The position numbers and the translations under genes were made by a program. Of a stretch of DNA of 64,000 bases, positions 40,836 through 53,470 are shown one piece after another. How positions within the stretch are numbered: the first letter of the stretch is position 1; every line of letters begins with the position of its first letter. Source of the DNA: Tubulanus polymorphus (Eukaryota > Animalia > Nemertea); the NCBI RefSeq assembly GCF_964204645.1, contig NC_134028.1, positions 12,013,263 through 12,077,262 on the forward strand. The letters are read 5' to 3'. Under the pieces are notes generated by a model. The model had not been told where the DNA came from. It worked only from the letters and a program-made list of their open reading frames with translations, and made no database searches.

Positions 40836-43523
40836 AGGCTGAATCCAAGAACATGTCTATCGCACTTTTGAGCCCAAACGTCTACTTTTACTTAGTAGCC
40901 ACTTGAGAACAATAACCAATTAACGATATCAGCTACTTTTCCAGTAGTATACATTTCAAAACAGTCACTCTGAAATAGTATTCCTTTCAATTCGGTTGGT
41001 TTTCTATAGTAGCTGTTTCGAAGAGTCTACTATTGAAAAGTGACCATTTTAAAACATCTGGTTTCGATAGTGCGCACTAGCAGTAGAGGTGACTAAAACC
41101 ACCCGTCTGTAAACAGTGACTTTGTGATAGTATCTCTTACCATAACAGCTGCTCTCAAAACACATCGTTTCTAAAAGTCAACTATTTTAAAAGTGACCAT
41201 TTTGAGATGGCATGGTAATTTCCTGTTCAAAATAGCAGCATCTGTTAAAGATTTGCAGTGATACGTGACAGGTTCAAAGGTACTGTAAAACCCTATCTGC
41301 TTTGTATACAGAACTCTGTATGCTTTGAATACAGTTCTGTGAATAGAAAATCAAAGTTTTTGAGTTACTGAGAATCCCCTAAATTATATCATCATGGATT
41401 AAATCCGTTAATGCGAAAATATAGTGCCAGTCCTAGAATTTTTTGAATTTTAAGATTTGCGATTATAAAACATTCTGGTGCGTTCATAAATCTTTGATTT
41501 TGTAGAAAAGAAAGACAAAAAATAAATTTGTCTTTTAGGCTTAATTTGTTTTTAAGGGTATATGACAGAGGAATACACAAATAAAATCGTATGTTCAGAA
41601 AATGAATTACGAAAAAAATGTATATAAAATACTTAGAATTAACCTTGAATTTATTGTTTATTTCGATACAAACGATTTTTAAGTAATCCATGTGATGTTC
41701 ACTTTGTCACGCGGTTCTCTGCTTGTTCGTTGAATATCGTTTTATCGCTTGCTAGAAGTGATACCCTAATCAAAATCTTATTTCGTAGTTATATAGTTTA
41801 GTTGAAATGAAATTACCTACTATTATGAAAGATCAAAGGATTAGCGTATAAGAGTTGAGTGTTGAGATGTTCACGTAATTTTGAAATCAGCAATTTCATT
41901 TGATAGAGAAACTTCGTTTGGCTTAAGAAGTGAAAAAAATTCGATAGGCTGTAATTTCAGTTTCACATACTTTCCTACTTTGTTGAGTAAATTGTTTATA
42001 TAGGTTATCAAAAACTCAGCAGCAGCTATCGGTCAGCAGGTCAATTACATTGGCTAACTAGACAGTGATTGATGAACGAATGAACTAACTGCACTAACCA
42101 CCTAAAGACCACGAACCAAAAGTAATTACCTCTCTTAATAGTAATAAACTTAGCACCGCAATATCTCTATGAGACTTTATTTTATTTTTACGAATTGATG
42201 AACCAATGAATCGCCGAATTATAAGATAATCATCAGTTTTCTCAAACTAAACTCTTTTTCTCAAATTATCGTAAACCAACGTTAGCAATACTCTAATTTG
42301 GAAGCGAATGCAGGCTAGAACCAACAAGGGTACCGCTTTAAGGTGCAGATATACAGGGAATCCCTCTCATAGCGACAAACTCGGTTGTATATCCCTTCTG
42401 TGCCAAAAAGTAAATAATTTTCGATCTAAACGGCTACAGGACCGGAAGAAGTCGAATAAAATACTCTAAACCGTGTTAACTGTAGATAAATGAAGAAATT
42501 CCACAATAGAACCCTGGGACAACCACCAAAGGCTGTTACTGTAACCAAATGAAATCTTGAATACCATACAAAGTTTCTTCTATTAAATTCGATCAAATAT
42601 GGGCTCTCTTAGAATTTTTAAAATCCACATGGATAAAGCATATTTTGTTTAAAAAAAATCAATGATTTTGGGAAATTAGAATTCAGGGAAATGCACATCT
42701 TAATTTATGATGCAAAGACATCCAGGCCCCCGTTGAAAATAAACCACCATTTCAATAATGAGAGGTTAGCCTGAATTCATGATTGTGCTTTTAATCTAAG
42801 AATTTTAATCAAAAATAAATGCAGACCTATGCTTGAAAATAGCTGCATTTGTTCAAATTGAATTCATGAAAAGAAGGAAATTTCGATTTATCTTAAAACT
42901 ACATAACTATTGACAATTTGTAAACAAATTTAATTCCAATCTCGACTTTTATTGGTTAGAGTTGGGAATCGCTAATTACATTTCACATCCTCAAAGAGTA
43001 TCTATAATATCTTTGGATCTTAACTGAGTCACTCTTAATGGAACTATACCCCAAATTATAGCGTGAGTAGAGTTTTCCATATGTTTATATTGTCACGTAT
43101 CACTGCAAATTTGAAGCATATGTTGCTTCCGTGTATTTATAACAGGGAATCTTGCAAGCGATCTCAAAATGGTCACTTTTCAATAGTTGACTTTTAGAAA
43201 CGATGTGTTTTGAGAGTAGCTGCTATGGTAGGAGTTACTATCACAAAGTCACTGTTAACAGGCTGGTGGTTTTACAGTCATCTCTACTGCTACGAAACCA
43301 GATGTTTCAAAATGGTCACTTTTCAATAGTAGACTCTTCGAAACAGCCACTATAGAAAACCAACCGAATTGAAAGGAATACTATTTCTGAGTGACTGTTT
43401 TGAAATGTATACTACTGGAAACGTAGCTGATATCGCTAATTGCTTATTGTTCTCAAGTGGCTACTGAGTAAAAGTAGACGTTTGGGCGCAAAAGTGCGAT
43501 AGACATGTTCTTTGATTCAGCCT
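40836..43523. mobile_element. Kolobok-like non-autonomous element with ~380 bp TIRs nested in the piggyBac
   Basis: tgaa-AGGCTGAATC...GATTCAGCCT-ttaa; 40836-41210 is the near reverse complement of ~43160-43523; no coding region recognised inside. Confidence 0.7.
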
Positions 43524-44223
43524 TTAATTTATTATAAAAATAAGTGGCGGTCAAGGGGTTAAAACAAATGACAGATGAAAACTTCCAATTTTTTGTTATT
43601 TCTTGACGTTAATAAGTATTCCTGGGGGAATTTCAGAGGGGTTAAGTAAAGTTTAATCCAGCAAATTTCTTTCTAAATGTACATGATTTGATTTCCTGGC
43701 TATATGTACTTTCTATTTTCTCAATAGATGGTGCCATTTGTCACGATAATCATTTTAGATTTCCGGTAACACACTTCAAAATCAATAAACTGTCAGGATA
43801 AATGTATTGTATATCGTCAATGAAAAAATGTCTCAATGGGTAAAAAACACGGAAGGTCGTTAAAGTTTTCCGAGGTGAAGAAAATTACGTTTGTCCCACG
43901 GTAATCAGTCCGAGGTAAACAAATTTCCGAGGAGGGCAATTTCAAGCAAGACACATATTTTTCTTTGAAAAACAGTTACAAATGAAAAATGATTTTCTAA
44001 TTTTCCGAGGCAAGCAAAATTCCGAGGTGAGCGAGTTCTAATGAAGTTCATTTTCAAACAAAAAATTTTTCATTGGACGTAACTTTTCAGCGATTAAAGT
44101 TAAAGATATATCGAAATTACTTATGTTTTCTTGTTTTATCTATATCTACCAACTAATTTATGAGGTGCAGCGATAATAATCCATGCATTTAATGAAACAA
44201 TAAATAAGGGAACATTACTCATA

Positions 44224-45916
44224 CCCTTGGCACACACTGCCGAGTGTATGCACATCGTGTATGTCCTTTTTCAACTACAGGTTTTACAAAAGTTGTTTAA
44301 AAAATTAGAAATTTAAAAAATCGACAACTGAATTTTTCCTCAAAAGTCCAAGACTTTTAAATGCATTTTGCAGCAGGTATATAGCAGGTATAGCTATACA
44401 TAGACAAATTAGTCCGATGAATGGACGGTACCGTGTGATCCGGCTGCTATCTGTAGCTGCATCTGCAGTAAAAAAGTATTGATCGACCTTACAATGCAAG
44501 GAAGGCCTACCTGTTCTCATGCATCGTGGTAACATTTTCAACTGTACCGTTCTTTCCGTGTCTAAACCGGTATTGTGGGGGGCGGATCCACAGTGTATTC
44601 CAAATATTTCAGAATACATTATTGGGATTAGGTCTCCCAAACCCGCCTGTTATAAACGAAATTTAATTTTGATGATTTATCAAGAATTTACTAAATTAGC
44701 TATTGAAATTGTTTTTATTCCTGCATAAGAATATCTGACTAATTTTGAAATCCGCGAAAGACTGTCATAGCGACCGCGACATATTTTTGGTTTTGTTTTA
44801 ACTTTCGCGAATAACGCATTTCTAGTATCCGATATCAACCTGCAAACTGAGGAAACTGCTGTAGCAAGTGATTACTGTCTACAAGCGCCCTCGGAAGGCA
44901 GCTGTACCGGAACTCTGTTAACACATGTAACTTTGTCTATTCCTGTTCCGCTGTATTCTGTTTTATTATTTCATTCCTATTCCGCTGTATTCTGTTTTAT
45001 TATTTCAATAATTATGCCAAACTTTCACGGTCTGATGGTGTGTTGCATACACCAAAACATAGAAAAAGGAATCGTGAAGACGATGATGTACTAAAAACGC
45101 CGCAAAAAAGGGTACATATTAGTAATAATGATCAAGATAAATTTCCGCTAGTTCATCAACCTCAACGAGAACCATGTCAACAAGAAGTTGAAATAAACTA
45201 TGTCTACACCGTCTGTTGTTGATGTTGTAGCTCCTAAGCAGAATAATTCTCCAGCAAGTCTATTCTGAGTTTTTTTTTTTTTACAATTTTTTCATCCGTA
45301 TCATTGAAATTTTGGTGGGAAAAAATTTCACTTACATGCATATTATTTTCTTTGCAGGTCTTCATCATTTTTCGATAGCTAAGTTCCAGATGAGAGATAT
45401 ACAAACATGTTAAAACTTAGAAGTGATGAACATTGGAAAATATCCAATGATATATATGTCGTGAAAGATGAATAAAGATCCAATGGACCTGCGGCTCACC
45501 ATCATAACATTGAGTGTATATTGTCAAAAATATTATACTAACTATAAATTAATTTGGATTGCAATCGAATGTAGAATAGATTAAATTCCAATTGTAGCTT
45601 ATTAAAACCATCAACTGACGATATGCTGAACAAACTCTTCAAACCTTCAAACAACAATCTTTTATTCTAAATCTAATCACTTCATTAATTCTTAGCCCCT
45701 TATTACACGATTAATATATACAAGATATTATTATACTCGCAATTTCCAGATTTTATCATCCTTGAATTAAATTAAAATACTCGCCCAACGCACGACTACT
45801 CCCAGTCTCATCTGTGTTTGTTGTTAACAGCACGCATGTGATAACTATGCTGAACGTTATCTATTGATCGCTTCGCACGGATTTCCGTATTATTACGATA
45901 GCGATATATATAAGGG
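44224..45916. mobile_element. Possible DNA element with CCCTT/AAGGG ends
   Basis: cata-ccctt at 44220-44228 and aaggg-tata at 45912-45920; only 8 bp of symmetry; decayed exon-like sequence inside. Confidence 0.25.
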
Positions 45917-46179
45917 TATATGTGTGTAGACAAGCTCCCACCTCTAAATCAGTTGAAATAAATTGCCCATGGGCAAAGTGTGGTTTACCTTGAAAGAAAG
46001 CTAGAGGTTGTTTGGGGTAAGGGCATTGCTTGAAAAATCTTTTTAATTCGTGACTTCAAAGTTCTAAAAGTTTAAATATTGTATATTATCTTTCTTAGTT
46101 TATTTTCTTAAAGAATTATTTTGTAGTCAAATAAGACCAAAGATATACATTTGTTTATGGTCCACATCCAAAATTTCAT

Positions 46180-47071
46180 TTCAGCATGATTTTGGTCGTG
46201 AAAAATGTCCAGCATGGCCAAAGACGTGCAATTATTGTCATGGGAAAAATCACTTCAAATCCAAGCGCACAAAACCCAAGGTTGTGAAAGCAGTTGAAGC
46301 TGCGCGTCAGTCTGAGTCAGACAGCGATGAAGCAATCGGCTTTTTGGGTGCTGTTAATGGTGCACAGCCACCGTCTGGTCTCATCAGTGCTCGAATGTGG
46401 GTGAATGACTGTGACATCAAGTTTCAACTCGACAGTGGCGGCAACGTAAACACGATATGCAAGCGTTACGTCAAGAGAGAGCAGTTGGCAAACTCTTCGG
46501 GAGCTAATTTGATCATGTGAAATGGTTCTACAATGACTCCACTTGGTGAAACGAAACTGGATATCATAAATCCATGTACCGGGGAGACAAGAAATGTTCG
46601 ATTTACAGTCATCAACAACAATGTCTTGTGCTTACTAGGTCTTTGTGTGTTGCGAGATATGAAACTCATAACAGTCCACAACAAACGATTCGTTGGAAAG
46701 GTTGACTCAACACCCATACTAGGAGATCTAGGTGAAGTTGTTTTGAAGTCCAGCCGTGAGCCCTACCTTGTCGAAATCTGCCGATCGCATTCAAAGATGA
46801 CGTCAAGAGTGAGATTGACACTCTCATTAAACGTGGGATACTCGTACCAGTTGTTAAACCAAAGTGGGTTTGCAAATGGCTGTTGTAAAGAAAAAATCTG
46901 GAAATATCCGGGTGTGTATAGATCCACAACCGCTAAATGAAGCTCTCATGCATGAACACCGCAAGTTGTCGACTATAGAAGATGTACTACCAATGCTCCG
47001 TAAGGCGAAGGTTTTCAGCAAACTCAACATAGACGAAGCGTACTGGCATGTCAGACTGGACAAGAGGTCCA
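46180..47071 (+). pseudogene. Second Ty3/gypsy relic, left half (gag knuckle, protease, RT start)
   Basis: CPAWPKTCNYCHGKNHF; FQLDSGGNVNTI; VVKKKSGNIRVCIDPQPLNEAL; KAKVFSKLNIDEAYWHVRLD. Confidence 0.88.
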
Positions 47072-48295
47072 TGGACCTTGAGACTTCGTCGAGATAATCG
47101 GAAGTTCCAGTTTCGGAAAAGGAACAGGTCCCACCTCGCCATATAACAAATTTATGTCACCACTTGTGCTGAAATATAATTTGAATTCAATACTGTCTTA
47201 ATTTTAAAATATGCTTGTTTTCCGGGCTTATTTTCTCAAAGATCCACATGAGCTGAAATTTTTCGCTGATACGTAATTCCTTTTGAGGTTTATTTTTGAT
47301 GCTCTATCCAATCACTCTAGTTTCAAACTGCATATCAGTGAATATTTCTTAAAAACAGATGAATAACAGCCAGAGCAAAAACTTCACGGAGAAGACAAAA
47401 AATGGTTGTCCAACTTATTGAAACTTTATTGAAAACATTAAAAAAAATATTGCAATATAAAATCTCTCATTAAAGAATTAACATTACATAAAGTCCTGAT
47501 TATAACACTTAATTTACTGTTCAGCAATTTTACTTTAGGACCTGTTTAAAAGTTTAAAAAAATCAACAAGATTGTCTCTGCTATCAGGACTTAAAGGTTA
47601 GTCGTTATCACTAGCAAAGTATGAATAAGCTTGGACATTTAAGTAACTAGTGCAACAAATTCAATGGTCACACCAAAATAAACATTGAACCATGGTCTTT
47701 ATTTTCTGGATTTGAAGTGCCGTTAGGTGGCTGAATGAAACATATGTGATTAGATCAAAATCGACCTGCTTCTAGATATTTTTGTAAACGCACTACAGTT
47801 TGATTGCAAACAAGTTGTTGACGAACAGACAAGTTCATTGATTCTTGAATTGTATTAACTTTTAAAAATGTGCGGTCTGAGGGAAATTCAATGTCCGATC
47901 TATCACTACTGCACGTGCTGGTACCACTAGGTTCTTTCAGACAGGAAATGCCTTCACTCCGGTGGAGTATTGATTTTGAAGTGTTTGCTGTAGAATAGAC
48001 GAATAGAAACCACTGTCTAGTGTAGATAGGGATTGTGCGTATCATTCAACACCCATTTGACAAATCTGAAACAATAGAAATGTACCAATTTAGTTTCTGC
48101 TTAATCAAAACACAAATAAAAATCATTCAATAAACTGTCAGGGCTTAACTTAGGATATCTATTAGGCCGGCCATGGAAAACCCCATGATCTAGTTACCGT
48201 TCGCATTGATTGTGAAAAAAAATCTAAGTCAAGACCTAAGAAAAATTTGGGCAGACGCTCCCGCCCAGCCAAGCCAAGCCATTTTCATTCATCCC

Positions 48296-48760
48296 CAGGG
48301 TTCATTGTCACTGCTGACAAAAATTCACTGCCAATGAAAAGTCAAATTCACTGCCATTTGGCTACCTAGTAAAGACATGTTACCAAAAGACTACGGATAG
48401 AGCCAAAACAAATCGTATCATCTAATTTAACTGTTTGAGAGACTATCGAACCACCAGATAGGTGTAAGGTACTTTTCATGTGAGATTTCAAAGCTCCCAA
48501 ACCACCGGCTCCAAGTTCGTTCGATTTCATGCAAATTCTACATCTAAACTTATGAATACAATTCGGAACACGTTCAATCTACGGTACTCTGGATGATGAA
48601 GCCACGAATCTTGAAATGTATATTTTCCCATTTTTCCAGTGTAACAGGCCAGAGATTTTTTTAAAATCTGAACGCAAACCACCGCCATTTGCGATTTTGT
48701 GAAACAGGTGCCTGGACCTGGTAGCCATGGCAACCATAAAAATGAAAACTCGTGAATATT
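48296..48760 (-). mobile_element. hAT-like fragment
   Basis: cagggttc terminus-like motif at 48296 with repeated cactgcca motifs; minus-strand MGKYTFQDSWLHHPEYR resembles zinc-finger N-termini of hAT transposases. Confidence 0.4.
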
Positions 48761-50789
48761 GAAAATAAAATATGGTCACGACACCAATGAATAAAATGAA
48801 ATTGAATTGCCGTTGGCATGACATCGTCGGTATATTTTTTTGTTCGAAACTCAACAAAATTTCTCGTGACATTTTAAAATTGCCATATTGAAATGACAGA
48901 AATACTGGAAAAAAACTCACCTAAGCAGGAATCCTGAAGCAGAGATTGAGAACAACGAATCTGAAAAAATGGAAATATTTTACTCATTTTATGGTTACAT
49001 AGCAGATCGTCTTCCAGGCGAAATAAATTAAGTTGAAATTTGAATTTGATAATTAATAATTGGGCACACAAATGCAGTTGAAAATAAATCACATGCAACT
49101 AAAAATTATGCTGCATACTTTGATATCGATGCAATGCAGCTCTGTTAATCATAAGCCTAGGTAAATGACGGTTTGTCGCTAGAAATCGACAGAAAACACC
49201 AGCAGTGTTGTCAGGTTGTTTAATATACTTTTCGTAATAATTGTGCGTGCTTAAGACATTGACGGAATAAATCAAAGTCAGAATTCCATCAAAATTGGAC
49301 CCAGCATTGCCACACTTAACTGGATTCTTACACTACATTAGATTATTCTACCATATTCAGCAAAAAACATGAACTTCACTTACCCAAGACATCAAAATGG
49401 CGTGTATCCCTTGTGCAATTTCTTGTTCAGCTAAACTGGTTGTTTGGGGAATACCCCGGCTGCTGAGGGTATTCCCTGGTATTCCCTCAACAACCAAGCA
49501 GCGCGCAGCTTTCTCACAATGACGTCACAAGCGCGATCACGCAGGCCGCAGCCTACCCCGTTGAAGAGCATATATTCGCGAAAAAATACCGAACTTTGAC
49601 TGCTAATTGCTGCGTAACTGCAGCGTTTCACAGTTTCATCTTCACACCGTTTGATCTTTGCAAACGAAAATGTACGGTACAAAAGACGAGTTTACGTGCA
49701 CAGTATATGTAAACAAGCTATTTCCGGAAAGGTCTCCAGACCTTTAGGGGAGGTTGACCTAATTTCGACCATGTACCTTTTTTCGGCCGGTTTTTTTAGC
49801 GTGGAATATCTCCGTAGCAATGTGCCACAAAGATAAATGTTTACATTTAATGTCAAGGTCATGAAAACGTGTCTGATTTGTTAAAGTCATTTTGATTGGC
49901 TAATGTAAATATTAGCATAATCCGTGCCATTTTCGCAGAGCGAGGAAGCGACTACATTACCTGTCACAATTGCTTAAAAAGTAGGTTAACTTTTCGAACT
50001 GTAAACAATGTATCACTCTGTGAATCATGTTTACTACACTGCTTAAGCGATTTACTACGTTCTTACGATGTGAAATATGTCTGAAATCGTCAAGTTACAT
50101 TGATTTTCAAGATTTTATATCATAAATGAGATGAAATGTCCTATTGTACCTAATTTCGGCCGTCTGAACCAACTATTTCAGAAGCAGTAGTACCTAAATT
50201 CGGCCGGCCGATTCATAGTACGAATCCCGGCCGAAATTGGGCACAACATTATTTTTATCGGCAAACCTGTAGCGTAGAGGCCTAACCATTGTCCAATCAA
50301 TGTTCTTGAAAAAATAACGATATATTAATCTTATTATAATCCCCGATAGGCCTACGATGAGATCCGTAGATTCGCGGTTAATGAACCTTAGTCTTTCAAC
50401 TTACAACTACAGTAACATGAAAATTCTAGTAACTGAAACAAAGAAAAATGCGGGCCGCATCATTTTTTTCCTATCCGAAAAATGGATACGCGGTAGCGCA
50501 TTTTTTTCCTATGCCAAAAATGGAAGCGACTGATTGCGCAGCCTGGGCTTCAAGATCTCATTGAACAGTCTTAATTTAATTAAAAAATACAATACGACTT
50601 AGTAGACAGAAAGAAAAAACCAATTTTATTTCATTCATTACTGAAAATAGCTTAAAATATAGGCTATAACAACTTAATACAATAAAATACCCAGCATCAT
50701 CATTGCTTTTATTGTGTATTCTACTAAAAACAAAATTATTTCAGTGAATCGCTTATTGAAAAATACAGCAACTATGATTGTGACCAAAA

Positions 50790-53470
50790 GCAAAATGCGA
50801 TCGACGCCGTTAATGCAGGGATGTCCATCAGATCTGCTGCGATCCAATTTAAAATTCCCCGAAGCACCATACAGGATATCATTCATGGTCGAACTGAATT
50901 GGGCAGTAAGGCAGGGTCGAAAACTGTTCCATCCGAGGATGATGAGAAGGAATTAGTTGATTTCGCGTGTAATCGTGCAAGTATGGGCATCGGATTTAAA
51001 AAGAGCACCTTCCTGCAGTACGCTGCCAAAATCGCTGCAAAGAGAGGAAAACTATTTTCAAATGGTATACCATCTGAGAAATGGTGGCGTGGGATGAAAT
51101 TACGTCACAAGGAGCTGAGTTTAAGGACTCCTGAATCTACTGGGCATTGTCGAATGATTGGTATGTCCCCATTACCAGTGCTCAACTTTTTCAAACAGTA
51201 CCATGAAAGATTGGTCGAGAGTGAATTACTTGAAAGTCCGTCCCGTATTTGGAACATGGAAGAAACTGGCTTTCAATTGGATTTCAAACCACAGAAAGTG
51301 CTAGCCAAGTAAGTCAAATCTAAATCTGTAGGATTTTGTGTACTAGCCTAGATATTAAAACGTATATTGATTTTCAAAAGTTCAAGTATAAGTTGCTTCT
51401 TCATTTTATTTCAAGACGAGGTGTGAAGTCATTACCAATGAGAACGGCGTATTCGAAGGAATTAGTGACTGTTTTGGGGTGCGTGTCAGCCGTCGGTCAG
51501 ACAATACCACCTCATTTCGTCGTTAAAGGAAAGACCAGAAAGTCTCTGCTCGGTTTCGATACGGAAAATGCACGACCGGACTGGCGAATGAGTTCCTCCA
51601 ATAGTGGCTGGACAAAACAAGTTAGTCAACTTGATTTGATTACCGGGTATAATAGGCAAAATGCTCAATACATACAACCTTTTTCCTGCAGGGTATTGGA
51701 TATCAATGGTTTACTAAGACCTTTTTACCCAACATGGGACGAGAAAGGCCCCAACTTTTTGCTAATGGATGGTCATAATTCCCATAATTTCATTGAATTA
51801 CTGGATGTATGTCGGGAGAATGATATAATTCTGATTGAAATTCCATCACACACCAGTAACTGGCTGCAGCCACTCGATTGGTAATTAGACTACTTTTTTT
51901 AACATTATCACACAAAATCCTGTTCCAGATGTATTTCTAATTCTATCATCTATAGGTGTGTATTCGGCCCGCTGAAAAAAGCCTGGAACATTAAGTGCTG
52001 CACACTCATGGCTGAAAATCCAGGGGTAGTTGAGGGGAAAAAGAACTTTTTCGGCTTGTTCAAACATGCATGGGAAGCGGGGTTACCCCCGCAAATTGCA
52101 TAAGTTGCTTCCGTGCGACTGGAATGTTTCCATAGAATCCACTGGCTATACCGCAATCTGCATATGTACATGCAACAAATGAAGATCAACTTCGAGGTTT
52201 GATCAAAGCAGATTCCGTCGTAAGTATGAGTTATGAAAGTAATATTATGCAATGAGTTTATTGGAGACTTATTGAATGGATATCAATTTATTCAAATAGT
52301 TTTAAAACGCTCAATTTTTGGATTTATTTGCTTAAATTCCAGCCGTTAAATCAAGAAACTCTATCGATGGAAATTATATCGACGGATCGAGAAAATGTAT
52401 CAATAGATCGAGATAGTGTGTCGACAAATCGAGAAAATATGTCGACGAATTGTAAAACTGTGTCGACTAATGTTAAGAATGTTTTAACGAATAGTAATCT
52501 GGTGAATCAGGAAACTGTTGCTTCACAAGTTTCGATTCCCTAGGTCTCAGTTTAGTTCGATTTATTAATGAAAATATAAATCATCATTCTACCAAATACA
52601 GGCATAATAGATATTTTTTTCCATTTGTTAGGCATTAAATGGAGAAAGAGTTGGGTCATCTGAAAGAAACCTTTCAATGTTTGATGAACCAATGCTAGCT
52701 GAAGTAAGTGTAGCCTTCAAAACGATCGGTACCGTAATAACAATCTATGCAATCAGGCTAAATCTAAAATGTTTAGGATGTTCCTTGTGATATGCCAATA
52801 ACGAAAGTGCCCAGCGGATAAAGCATTGGAAGTTGTCGAAAAAGCTTTGAAGCCTGAGCAATTAGCCAAATATAAAAGGAGACACGAAGAGGGTTTCGAC
52901 CTCAAGACAGATGCCATGTATATGACTTGGAAACGACTTAAAGAAAAGTCATCTGTAAGATAGTGGTTTTGAAATCTGATCACCTCTTTTATAGTATTAA
53001 GTAATGCTGTTTCAATACCCTAAATTTTTTTCAGCAAAATAAGTACTTTCCATTCAGCAATAGTTCGACACCATCCAGTCATCTTAAAGACGTTTTGAAT
53101 TATCCCAAGAGTACCACCAAATCTAAGACTACAGCTCCATTTTTGGATACCTACTATGTACTAACCTGCGATGAGGCATATGTTCAGAAGTTACATCGGC
53201 AAGAGAGGAAAATAGCGTCAACTCTAGAAAAAGAAGAAAAGAAAAAATCAAAATCAAAAAAACGAAAAACATCTGTAAGAGTTAATAAGATAAATTACAC
53301 AGAAAACCATACATAATACCTATGGACAGAGGAGATCGAAGAGCACCCACCAGAAAATGTCATCAATGTTTTATCACCACCGACGGTTGTAAATGGGCGA
53401 CTTCAGCTGGCATTTAATTCGGATGAATCTAATAAACTCAGCACCGATTTGTTCTGTGCGATTTGATTCA
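50790..53470 (+). pseudogene. pogo-family transposase copy 1 (psq HTH, CENP-B HTH, DDE), multi-intron
   Basis: MSIRSAAIQFKIPRSTIQD; PSEKWWRGMKLRHKELSLRTPE; IWNMEETG; TVLGCVSAVGQTIPP; LLMDGHNSH; IPSHTSNWLQPLD; short introns (donors at 51309, 51621 and 51881); frameshifts and stops downstream. Confidence 0.88.

Larger units (their letters stand above)
37942..43558 (+). mobile_element. piggyBac transposon, both ends present
   Basis: TTAA at 37938-37941 and 43559-43562; perfect 13 bp TIR ccccttgaccgcc / ggcggtcaagggg. Confidence 0.95.
37756..44043. mobile_element. pogo/Tigger-like MITE hosting the piggyBac
   Basis: gtaaaactcgcttacctcgga at ~37758 is inverted to tccgaggtgagcgagttcta at ~44021-44040; repeated ttccgagg subterminal motifs on both sides. 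Confidence 0.65.
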
